From Lytechinus pictus (taxonomy: Eukaryota), in the NCBI RefSeq assembly GCF_037042905.1, contig NC_087249.1:6884001-6948000 (forward strand): DNA of 64,000 nt. Direction: 5' to 3'. The notes under the pieces are model-generated. The model did no database searches. It was given only the letters and a program-made list of their open reading frames with translations, and had not been told where the DNA came from. Numbering within the stretch: the first letter of the stretch is position 1; every line of letters begins with the position of its first letter. The position numbers and the translations under genes were made by a program. Below are positions 23,721 through 35,327 of the stretch, in pieces.

Positions 23721-24745
23721 AAGGATATTTTACTTCTTCCTCTTCAAATATGAAAATCATTACAATAAATCATGCATAATCATTGGAAGATTGTACATGG
23801 ACGACTTTCCCATTCAAATCATACACTCGTTACAAATTACCTTGCGATTGATAGAAACATGTATACCTGTAACAAACATACACACACAAAGAAAAAACAA
23901 AAAAGTAAACAACGATTTTGATTGACAGAGAATGGGTATGTATACGTTAAACCTTCGTCTCGATCTTGGGCAATAATTTCTGTGCGGGGGGGGGGGGGGG
24001 TATTGCTGTTTGGGCTATTTGTATCAAGGAATGCCTTAATTCTTTAAATCATTGAGATGTGTATACAGCCCATCAAACACCTGATAAATAAGTTTATGTA
24101 CATTTTTAACTTCTCATTCATGATCAGGAAATCGTCTAAGTTTGTGGAATATTGCCTTTACTATGAAAATAAGGAGAAGCCTCCGGGTGGCAGTGACGGG
24201 AGTAATGGGAGGGGGGGTAGGTTGGGCAGATGAAGATCCGGTACTTACAAACAAGGGGAGGGGGGCTTTTTAACAAAAACAAAAAGAAAACTTTGACAAG
24301 CAATAAAAAAAATCTAGTCTAAAGGCACTGCCCTAAACATGATCTCGCCTCCCCCCGGACACCCACGGGGGGGGGGGGGGAGGTAAATAAATTACCATCC
24401 TCATCGTTGGCCTTAAATCAGCCTTTCGATGTCCGGTACATCTGCTATACTAGCGTCAGATAAAGATTTCCTATTTCAAAAACACAAAGCAACCTTGAGA
24501 GATAAGGAATCCAAAAAAGATGATCTCCAGATAATATCATTCTTTCGTTTAACAAATGTTTGACATTGTACTTTTAAGCAGGAAAAACGTAAGCAATGAT
24601 AACTAACTGCATTTAAAATAGTTGAATTGATACATTTTTTTTCGAGGATAGGCATTAATTGATATAACTATACCTTTTTGTCTAAAGGAATTGTATGTAA
24701 TGCATTATTTTTACTTTTTTCATGCTCGTACGCATATTGGCTTAA

Positions 24746-25305
24746 AGGACAAGTCCACCCGAACAAAGAGTTGATCTAAATAAAAAGAGAAAAATCCAAC
24801 AAGCATAACACTGAAAATTTCATCATGACATTTTTAAGTTTCACTTAATTTCACAAAACAGTTATATGCTCATCCTGGTCTGTATGCAAATGAGGGGACC
24901 GATGACATCACTCACTCACTATTTCTTTTGTATTTCATTATATGAAATATGAAATATTCCCATTTTCTCTTCATTGTCCTTTGTTCTTTCATTCTTCCTT
25001 GAATACGTGGAATTACCGTTGCCTAAACAATGGTTCAGTTAAGTTGGTCCTTATTGTCAAATCTGTAAAAATTGAAATATTGTTTATTTCAAACAATAAA
25101 AAACAAAAAATAGTGAGTGAGGGACATCATTGACTCTCTCATTTCCATGTCATTGAGTTGTGCATATGACTGTCTTTGGAAAAATAAGCGAAACTTTAAA
25201 ATGTCCTATTTTTTACATCCGATTTTGATGACATTTTCAGCGTTATGCTTGATCGATTTTTCTCTATTGATTCAAATCAACATTGTTCTATGGTGGAATT
25301 GACCT
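24746..25305. mobile_element. Kolobok/T2-type MITE, family A (opposite orientation to the 9099 copy)
   Basis: TTAA flanks at 24742 and 25306; AGGACAAGTCCACCC...GGTGGAATTGACCT. Confidence 0.85.
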
Positions 25306-26157
25306 TTAAATAATGAATAATTTTTAAATGAAAAACAATGTTTGTTTGGTTGGTTGTTTATAACTTACATCTTTACTATAAATTCTTGATTTATGTTCCC
25401 GAATTATAGGGTTTTCTCTTTAATGATTATATTTTCTCTTTGTGTGACCGATCTAACTTCCAAGGGTCTAGGTGGATTATACAAGGTAGAGATATCTATA
25501 TTGTTGTAATTGAGCAGATTTCAACCATCGCCATTTTACCTTATCACATAATTACTTTTTTTAAAAGTCCAATCGGTAAAAAGTATCTTCAAACTCTTCG
25601 AATTAAACATGAAATGTATTTAGATGGTATCTAGAAGAGATAAACTCTATTTCCCCAAGGATGATTTGCCAATCACATCAATCTTTCACAATCTGATTTT
25701 TTTAATTCCCTATAAATATTATCTTAAATAAGAAAAGGTCTTTGAGTGCGCTGGCGCGAATATGTTTCCTTTTACGTCTACACTTTGACTTGACTGCCAA
25801 GTTCGTTGAACTTGACCTTTTCTGAAGTTGTTGTACACGTCCATTTCAATTATAAAAGCGAAACAATGAATACATGTAGATGTGTTCGAAATTATGTGAA
25901 TAATAATAATATGTCCATTTATATAGCGCAGTTACTATGTGCATATATTGATACTTGGTATCATATTGTTACCCCGGCTGTAGCTGAGCCGTCATATTAA
26001 TAGGCGCTAAAGCATTCAAGGAATGAATCCTACCGGGTACCCATTCACCTCACATGGGTCGAATGCAGCACAATGTGGATAAATTTCTTGCCGAAGGAAA
26101 TTACGCCTTGGCTGGGATTCGAACCCACGACCCGCTGTTTCAAAGTCCGGAGACTAA

Positions 26158-26940
26158 TACCCCTTTCATAAACCCATCCTCCAATTAGCCGCCTAAGAGT
26201 AATGCGGATAATTCAATAAAAGTTGCGTTCACAAACTCCAAAAATAATCCGCACTATTTTTATGAGCGCCCGTCCTGAAAAAGGCGGATAATCGTCATGG
26301 CAACTGCACACACCCCTCCGATGCGGTTGTGTTGGAAAAGGGTGACCTTGTGACCGCACCATGGCAATTATCCGCATTACTTTGGAAACGCGTTCATAAA
26401 GTCAAAATCTGGTCCCGATGCCGCTATTATGCGGATAATTGCAGCATCAAAATAATGCGGATAACTCTGGTCCTCCTCCGATTTTACGACCAAATTATGC
26501 TGCTATTATACCCCTTTCATAAACCCAATAAAACCTATCCTCCAATTAGCCGCCTAAGAGTAATGCGGATAATTCAATAAAAATTGCGTTCACAAACTCC
26601 GAAAATTATCCGCATTATTTTTACGAGCGCCCGTCCTGAAAAAGGCGGATAATCGTCATGACAACTGGACACGCCCCCTCCGATGCGGTTGTGTTGGAAA
26701 AGGGTGACCTTGTGACCGCACCATGGCAATTATCCGCATTATGTGGAAATACGTTCATAAACTCAAAATCTTGTCCCGATGCCGCTATTATGCGGATAAT
26801 AGCAGCATCAGAATAATGCGGATAACTCTTGTCCTCCTCTGATTTTACGACCAAATTATGCTGCTATTAGCCGCATAATTGGGTTTTATTGGGTTTATGA
26901 AAGGGGTATTAGCCGCATAATTGGGTTTATGAAAGGGGTA
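26158..26940. mobile_element. PIF/Harbinger-like MITE (outer copy)
   Basis: TIR TACCCCTTTCATAAACCC / GGGTTTATGAAAGGGGTA; many internal GCGGATAA motifs. Confidence 0.8.
26509..26908. mobile_element. PIF/Harbinger-like MITE (inner copy of the same family, TTA TSD)
   Basis: Same TIRs; TTA duplicated on both sides; removing it restores GCTATTAGCCGC as seen in the intact inner copy. Confidence 0.8.
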
Positions 26941-29900
26941 TCCACTATGGGCCACAACGCTCCACGAATGGTCTTAAGTAAACACTGCAGAGGGAGAGAG
27001 AGGGGGGGGGGGACAGACAGACAGACACAAAGAGATAGATAAAGAGACGAAGAGAATGAGCGTGATATACATGATACAGGGTTGGTACAATACCATGCAG
27101 CACCCCAAGGGGTGCTAATAATTTGTACATTGTGCTCATCTCTGCATCGCTAAGGGTGCAGTTAGCTATATTTCTGCACCCTTTACGATGCAGAGATGAA
27201 CCATGATAAAAAATTGCTAATTTGAACCTTTTTACTGTCAAGTATTATGCACCCTAAAAGGTGAAAAGTTGCACCTTTTAGGGTGCAAACGAGCATTATT
27301 AGTGCAAATAATAATAAGAAGGGTGCATTTTACACCCTTTTCTACTAAGGGTGCAAGATTACACCCAGAAGGTTGGTATAAGTGTTTAATTTAGCATGTT
27401 TAGGATGCAAACATTTCTTAATGTGTAGAAAGGTAGAAAGAAAGTAAGAAAAACAGTCAGAAGAGACAGAGTGAGTGAGTGAGGGGTGAGAGGGGGGAGG
27501 GTGAGAGAGAGCGGCGGGGGGATAGCGATAGGGTCAGGGAGACCCAGAAAGTTTATGAATGAACATAATAATTATTCTTTCTTTGTAAGTGTTTTCATAA
27601 CATGAAATACAGATATATTATGGCAGTATCAGTCTAATGAGTGGCATTCTGATCGCAATCGCTACCATCTGTTAAAAATAAATCCGATTTATTTAACAGC
27701 CTTACATTTTGAAATTTGATTATCTCGAACACAGTAAAACCAAAATGAAATAATCATAGATTGATTAACATCAAATTACAGGCTAGTTTGTTTTTCAGAT
27801 GTATTTAGAACGATTCCAGGTGAAATTACTAGCCAAATGTTTATTTTTTCATTCCGTAAAAAAAATGTATTTATGTTCGAGCTATGCTTTTTGATGATTT
27901 AATTCTGACATGTCACGCACAGAAAACCATGATACAGGTGAATGAGCTATATATTATACTGCACAGTAAAAACGCTTTTTGAATTTTTATACAACGCTGT
28001 TCGCTAAATGAACCTTACTGTATAGTTGTTTAATTGTTTAAACAATCATGCTTATTATTTTGAGAAATGAATATTGATAATTAAACTTTGTTTTTTTATT
28101 AAAGATGTTAAACACTTGTTTCAACTGGTATTTATCTTTAAACAACAACATAGTAATACAGCTTTGTATATATATTTTTTTCAACAGCGTTTTTAATGTA
28201 TGATTTTCTGATGGAAAATCACTTGACATCGTGAAATAAACGGACAGAATCTCTTAAATACATTTTCCCCATTTGTTTTGTAGAAAAATATCTTTAAAAC
28301 ATTGATATACTTAAGTATATAAACGTTTTAAAGATATTTGTTCTACGAAACAAATGGAAAAAATTAAGAGTGTACACACGAAAAATAGCACAATCATACA
28401 TAAAAGAAGATTGGAAATTTAATTTCAATATCAGGGCGAAAATAAGAAAAGGATCAGCATGAGTAAATTACAGAAATAATAAGAAAGGAAAGAAAAAAGG
28501 GGAAATATAACAGGAAAAAAATACAGAAAATGAGAAATAAAGAAAAAAAAAAGAAAGAAAGAAAGAAGCAGGAAAAGAAAGGAAATACAAATGGGTGTAC
28601 ATTGAATATCAAATTAATAAAAAAGATATCGCAAGCGATTGGCATATAATACTGTTTAGCTTTCTTTTCTCTTTTTTAATTTCATATTGTCTATATGTTT
28701 TTTCTGGATTAATTATCCGATTTAGCATGTAAACATTTATATCAAACATATTTTATGATATGAGTTTTCGTTTAATAAAATGTAACACAAATATAATAAT
28801 TACGTCATAGAATAAATCTTACATAATACGTGTAATACGTGCACCGTCGTGCTACCTGACATGCCTGACGGAAAACATGAAAAAATACATTATGACAAAA
28901 GTCTTAATCATCAAACATTTGTCAAGAAAATGACAGGAACTATGCCTTTCTGTCACGTTTGAAACAGAACAATGAGGCTTTAAAAGATACCTTTTGATGA
29001 AAACTGATACTTTATAATCCGTGTATCACTGTTCTGCTACCATGCTTTGTAAATGTCACGAGACGTTTTGGTGCCAAGCGCTCATTAAACTGCGGTAGAA
29101 AAAATAATGATAAAAAAGAGTCCTTCAAAAAAATGGAAATCATGACTAATAATGTCCCTGGATTCTAGAAATTCAACGCCACGGGGGAGTTCTACATGTT
29201 CTAGGTCAGCATTTCTCGAACTATGATGACAACAGGGAACAATAGTCGAACATTGCTCATGTGAAATATTTGATTTCCTGTCAAACATACTTGGCGCCAA
29301 GAAGAATATGATAATAAATCATGCCTTTTTGTTTTAGTTTTTACGGCGCATATCATTCAGTTGTATATGTGCTAAGTATTCGTTTTGGTTATACAGAGAA
29401 ACTCATTTATTTTCACTTCACAAACATACAAATAAATAAAAAATGAAATCAATATAATTAAGAATGTTACACGGATAAAATGAATATATCAATGATGTAG
29501 ATAAAACCGGACATTAATCAATAGATTTACAAATAAAAAAAAATCTGTTAGATGATTATTGATTTTTTTTGTGACGTCACGGACGACCAGCTCCTCCATT
29601 AGTCTTGTAATATAATCCCCCCTCAAAAAAGCGATATTCTGAAGAAAAAAAATGTAAATGATTTTATTTGAGCATGGGATTTATCATCATACATAAGAAT
29701 CTTATTCATGTTCCAATGAAAAATGAAATATGGAATGGATTGACTTTGGTCAAACCTTCACAAATTAATACTTCTCCCCTTTCAGCTTTTATTTCAACAA
29801 ACTTATAGTCAGGGTGAACTTTCCCGTTAAGCCTTCAAAATGAAGGGCAGTGTCACATGACTCTGACCACGTGACTTCGAGGCCATGTTGATGTATGATG

Positions 29901-30734
29901 TCACATCGCGTGATGTCACAATGAATGTTATTCGCCAATCAAAACAGAAATAACTTGTTTTGGGATGTGTATCTTTTAATCTAAAAACCTTGAGAAGTTT
30001 GGGAACATGCACTGCACGTAAAATAAAAGAGTGTGGCAACGTCTCCGCAGCTGAAAGCCCTGGTGGGTGTTTCATAAAGCTGTTCGTATGTTAAGAGCGA
30101 CTTTATAAGAACGACTGGTGATCCTTTCTTTTGGTAAATGGTAAACACCATTGGCGATGGTTTAGCGCGTAAAAAAGGTTGACCAGTCGTTCTTAAAGTA
30201 GCTCTTAAAACCTCAGTCACATTTGCTCTACGGCGGGCGTACGGCGGCCGTAGATAACTGAATTCGAGAGATTTTTGCGGTGGCCGCAGGGTCGACGTAC
30301 GGTGGATTCCTATTTTTTTTTATAGGACGTAGGGGTGGCCGTAGAATTTTAACGCGGAGTTATAACATTTTTTCTTTTCTACTGACGCTCGCCGTAGAAA
30401 TTGGACTAGCCGTAGCTAGGCGTAGAACGGTCTACGGCGGCCGTGCGGCTGCCCTTGTGTTTTTCTCCCCACTTTCCCCTTCTCTCTTTGTGTTACTAGT
30501 ATCTGCTTGGGAGGAACCAGGCGCATATCTAGGATTTTGCACTTCGGGGCCCGACCTATAATTTTGGCCCCTGTGTACTTTTCGAAAAAATGGCGCCCCC
30601 TCCCCGTCAGGCAAGCAGGTGCCCTAAATGCATGTTGAATTATCTTATTTCATAATCACAAGAAAAAGGGCAACTGCATACCACTTTTTTAAAGATGTGC
30701 TGATGAATAGCAAAATATCCATGATAACTTTTTA

Positions 30735-31469
30735 ATGCGTCCCCATGTCAACAGCATATGTCGTAAAGCATCCTTCGCCCTAAGAAAAATTGGTAAAATT
30801 CGAAAATATCTCTCTAAGTCATCTACTGAAGTCCTCATTCATGCATTTATTAGTTCACTTCTTGACAGTTGCAATAGCCAGCTCCATGGAATTCCAGAAA
30901 AGGATATTTCTAAGCTGCAGAGAATTGAATTCAAAACTCTGCAGCCCGTCTAGTTTCCCACACTAAAAAACATGACCATGTAACACCTACTTTTAAACAA
31001 TTGCACTGGCTCCCCATTAAATTTCGTATACAATTCAAAATTCAAAATTCAAAATTCAACATTCAAATCTCTCCATGGACATGCTCCAAAATATCTCTCC
31101 GAATTAATCCAGGCATATACTCCCAGTAGGTCCCTTCGTTCTGCAAATCAAAATTTCTTAACAGTCAAAAAAGCCAAAACTAAACTTTTTGGTGATAGGT
31201 CCTTTTCAAGCTCTGCCCCACGTCTTTGGAACACTCTCCCAGCTTCCCTCCGTATCCCAAATATCACTTCGTTTCAATCCAACTAAAAGACGTACCTCAT
31301 GAAGAAAGCATATTCAACATAGCCCCATTTACAGTGTCCTTTAGGTATATGAATTCTAATTTCACTTTTATTTGTATATTTCTTATGTTCTTCATTGTAA
31401 AGCGCTTTGATATGATTTCATGAAAAGCGCTATATAAGACTAAGTTATTATTATTATTATTATTATTAA
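30735..31469 (+). mobile_element. L2-clade LINE, 5'-truncated ORF2 C-terminus and 3' tail (frameshifted)
   Basis: HVNSICRKASFALRKIGKIRKYL...LIHAFISSLLDSCNS...LQRI/QNSAARLV...LHWLPI...GDRSFSSSAPRLWNTLP; AAGCGCT...AGCGCTATATAA stem and (TTA)n tail. Confidence 0.9.
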
Positions 31470-31654
31470 TGACGTAATACCACAGGAAGCATAGATTTTT
31501 AAGCACTTTCAATCTGTAGTTTGACTTCTCATCAGAATAAGCCCTATTAGAATTATGTGGATGGGAGCTTTTATTCCTTTACCAAGGGTGGATTTAGCTT
31601 TCGCCAATAGGGAGGAGGGGGTATTTTCATCCATATTTTCCCGATAGGGCGTGG

Positions 31655-32005
31655 GGGCGTCATGGTATAGTGGTTACGACTCTCGTCTTTCAATTAGAGT
31701 GACGTGGATTCGAATCCAAGCCGTTGCGTGTTTCCTTCAGCAAGAAATTTACTCACATTGTCATGATTGTGCTGCACTCGACCCAGGTCAGGTGAATGGT
31801 ACCCTGTAGGAAGAAATTCCTCGAATGCTCGATCAAGGTATAGCTGTGATATTAAAGCCGGGGGAATAACAACATTATCATGTTAAGCAGGGCCCGCTGC
31901 ATGGGAGAACAGTTTTCAGAGCTGAAGCGGCTACCCTGTGTACTGGTGTAATATGTGACGCTCTTATCATCATTATTATTATCATTATTGTTATTATCAT
32001 TATCG
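31655..32005 (+). mobile_element. tRNA-derived SINE, family A
   Basis: A box TGGTATAGTGG, B box GATTCGAATCC, core GTGCTGCACTCGACCCAGGT..GTGAATGGTACC, (ATT/ATC)n tail. Confidence 0.8.
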
Positions 32006-32104
32006 GAAGTTTAATGTTTATTTTTGTTGTTGTTTTTAGGGTGTAGTTCTTACTAAAGACTAACGCGTTTATTAACATTAACTTTATTCATACATGCAAG
32101 TTAA

Positions 32105-32498
32105 AGGTAAATTCCAGTTCTGGTAACGATCTCAAAACGACTTTTTACAGAATCTAATATAATGACCACCCAAGTGTCTGTTTGTATGAATAAAAAATAA
32201 GTGCCAAAGGATTCTGGAAGAAATTGTGTAATTGCTGAGAAATAAGCAAAATAAGCGCGGATTCGATCTCTTCCGTCGGGTCTTTATTCCAGCAATAATA
32301 ATACACTGTCCCACGTGTGCCTATCTGTGTTGGCGATCTTCAGTGTGATCGTATTTCAGCTTAGATTTTATGATTTCACAAAGTTCAATTTATGTAACTG
32401 TACCAGATCTAGATCCACGATGATATAGTCATACTTAACCTTGGTTTTACAGACTTTCTCACGAAATTAGTGTTTACTACAACTACGTTCATTTAGCT
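32105..32498. mobile_element. TTAA-flanked Kolobok-like MITE (third family)
   Basis: TTAA|AGGTAAAT...ATTTAGCT|TTAA; short imperfect TIR. Confidence 0.6.
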
Positions 32499-32869
32499 TT
32501 AAGGGAGATTTATTTAATAAGTCCAAATAATTAATGCGAACGCGATATTTTATATTTTATGTATAGACCTGAAAATAGAACATTCTGAGAAGTTTTGTGA
32601 GCATGAGCACGATGGTTATCTATCTATCTGTCAGTGCGAGCTGAAAATGTTTGATATTCTGACCCAAAGTTTGGAAATTCTAAGCACAATTGGTAATCAT
32701 GAACATGATGGACACCTTAATATCATTCGATGCGAGCGCGAAGCGCGAGCTGAACATTTTTTGTATTCCATTTCAAAACTGGACATTCTGAGCAATTTTG
32801 TTAATTATTAGGTAATCATTAACATTATGTCCATCTAACTAATCATTCGATGCGAGTGCGAAGCGCGAA

Positions 32870-33110
32870 TCACCCCAAAGGTCGAATCCCCCTTCCTAGG
32901 TCGAACATTACTGATCTTATAATATTCAGATCGGAGTCGAACATCAATTTGGCGGCCCCTCGGGCGAACGTCAATTTGACGCCCCTTGGTCTAACCAAAA
33001 TAGGTCCATGGTCTAACATAAAATTGGCGCCCCGAGTGTAGAATATAAATTTGGCGCCCCCCTTCCTAGGTTGAACATCAATTTGGCCCCCTGCACTTTT
33101 ATTATTGCCC
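32870..33110. repeat. Degenerate ~25-35 bp tandem repeat (GGTCGAACATCAATTTGGCGCCCC)
   Basis: Motif recurs about 7 times. Confidence 0.7.
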
Positions 33111-34871
33111 CCCTCTTTCTCTTCTACTCTTTTCTCCTTTTTCCTTATTCTGTTTTCCTTCTCTTTCTTCTCTCCCTTTTCTCTTTCTCTTCTTTCCCCC
33201 TCCTTTGTTATCTCCCTTTTCTTTCCCTCTCTTTCTTCCCTCTTTTTGGCGCCCCCTTATTGCCTACCCGGGGGCCCGAGCCCGAACCCCCCCCCTCCCT
33301 CCCGCCCAGAATACGCGCATGGGCATGGTGCGACACTTTGGAAACTTTCTGAAATGAAATGTCTAATGTAAAATATCATGATGAGTGTGACAAGCAATTC
33401 ATTGTATACTCAGTGTATAGTCCCCCTGCGGCCGCCGTGAGTGCGCCTTGCGGCCACCTCGCGTCTGCCGTAGTATTTGTAAAAACCTACGGCCAGCGCA
33501 GGGTCGCCCTAGGGCGACCGTACGTCATGATTTCAAGGACATACGTCAGCTGCAGATTTTCTGTTTCCATAAATTAAAAAATACGCCGTGCGGCTACCCT
33601 AACATATGTGACCGCTAGAGTAAGTGGCCGTGGAAATTCTGCGGCGACCGTACAATTGCTACTCGCCGTAGAAATTTTAGAATCTATGGCGGCCGTAGCA
33701 AACGTGACCGAGGTATAACTTACGAAAAGCTTTATAAACTGGCCCCCTGCTTGCAAAGCTAAAAAACATGATGAAGAGGAGAATGCTCCTGTGGTTTTCG
33801 AAAGATGTTTAAATATTAATAAAGGTTTTTCTAAGTAATTAAGAAACAAGGAAATTAGGTTATTTATTTTCTAGTTTATCATTGTATTCTTGTTATAATG
33901 TTATATCTAACTTAATTTGTTTTGTTATTTTTATTTCATTAAGGGGACCCCTTTCACAAGCTCTGCTTCTATGGGGTCCCAAACTTTATCATGTCTTATT
34001 ATTTTTGTCAAACTGTGTAATATGAATCTTGTTTGAATGGTTCAAAGAAGCTTGAATTTGAACTTGATTAAAATATGAATGCGGCTGGAACAGTCAAAAT
34101 CATTATTCACAAAAGTAATTATGTTTACTTATATTTCTTATTTTTTGGTTATGAAATGGCAAATTATTAATATACATATTTTTGGATGACTGAAAACTCG
34201 GGGAGTGAGGGCGGGGGGGGGGTGGTTAGGCACGGACTATACCCATCACTGCAAATTGTTTTGCCAGACGAGAAGTGAGCAGGGACTTTGGTTGGGAGTT
34301 AATGATTAAAAAACGTTGTTTTTCGACCTTATTATCAGGCGGAGCGAAAACGTTGAATCATAACCTTGCATTTGAAGTTGATACATTGTCTCGTTGTCAG
34401 ACGATCCGTCGCAGCAAAATATTAGGCGCGGTTTTGCGGTGCTCCTAAATTTGGGCGTCTACGCACCTGTGTCCGCGAGACAGGTTTCCCGCCATGCCCT
34501 CGGTTAATAATTGGATGAGCTGGGGGAGCTTTGCCGGTCAGATGACAGAGCTACCTGCAAGAGCAGCATGGCGGAAAACACTCAAATCCATACACTTTTC
34601 TATTCGTCATTAATAAAAATCAATAATTGAATATTACTTTGGGAAGGACACTCACAAATGACTTATCATTTCCCGGTTGTTATTCTTTTTACGAAGGTCA
34701 TTTCATTTCATGAAAGTGTATTGTCTGTGCTATGTAAATAGTGTGATGATATTGCGTTACTTTCATTGGTCGTCAAGATATAAGCGTCGATTTTTTTTAT
34801 AATAATTTTTAATTCTGTTGTATATGCAGGCTAGCTGAAATTAAATATAGGCTAACAGCACGAGAGTCGGA

Positions 34872-35327
34872 CATAGCCATACGCAGATTTTTGCCCCCCC
34901 CCCCCATTGGAAACTCGAAAGCCAGGAAGCGAAACGACTGAGCTTGTCGAGGGGCGCTTTTGCATTTTTAAAGTGAAATTAAAATGAGTGCGTGCACTTT
35001 TTGTGAATCTTGTGAAGAATATCAGTTTTTAAATATGTAAGTTTCAAAACTTCTGGGTGAGGGGCAATTGCCTCCCATGTATTATATTTCCTGGTTGGAC
35101 AAGAATATGTAAAATTTGTGAAAACATAGAACAAGAGAGTGCAGCGACCGAACTTTTATTTATTTTTTTAATCCTTCATCTTAACCTTTACGTTGAAATA
35201 ATCTGGCGCACTCAAGTTGATTTTAATGAAAATTTGCACTTAAGAATAGAAAAAAAATGTTTTCAAAATTGCAAGAGGTAAGTGCCCCTAAACCACCCCG
35301 CCCATCCATTTTATAACGTCGGCCATG
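34872..35327. mobile_element. hAT-like MITE (related fragment at ~613-810)
   Basis: CATAGCCATACG...CGTCGGCCATG ends; degenerate 8-bp flanks GAGTCGGA/AGTGCGGA; internal GAGCTTGTC...CGCTTTTGCATTTT shared with ~680-710. Confidence 0.45.

Larger units (their letters stand above)
25899..26963 (-). mobile_element. tRNA-derived SINE, family A, with its head split by nested MITEs
   Basis: Minus-strand head GGAGCGTTGTGGCCC..., B box GGTTCGAATCCC, core CACATTGTGCTGCATTCGACCC...GAATGGGTACC, (ATT)n tail. Confidence 0.8.
30209..33715. mobile_element. PIF/Harbinger-like non-autonomous element with TAA TSD, carrying nested repeats
   Basis: TIRs AACCTCAGTCACATTTGCT / AGCAAACGTGACCGAGGTA; TAA TSD; TACGGCGGCCGTAG subterminal motifs in both arms. 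Confidence 0.75.
30063..33746. mobile_element. Family C MITE split by a 3.5-kb insertion (arms 30063-30208 and 33716-33746)
   Basis: CTG flanks at 30060 and 33747; GCTCTTAA|...|TAACTTACG junctions reconstruct the intact element. Confidence 0.75.
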
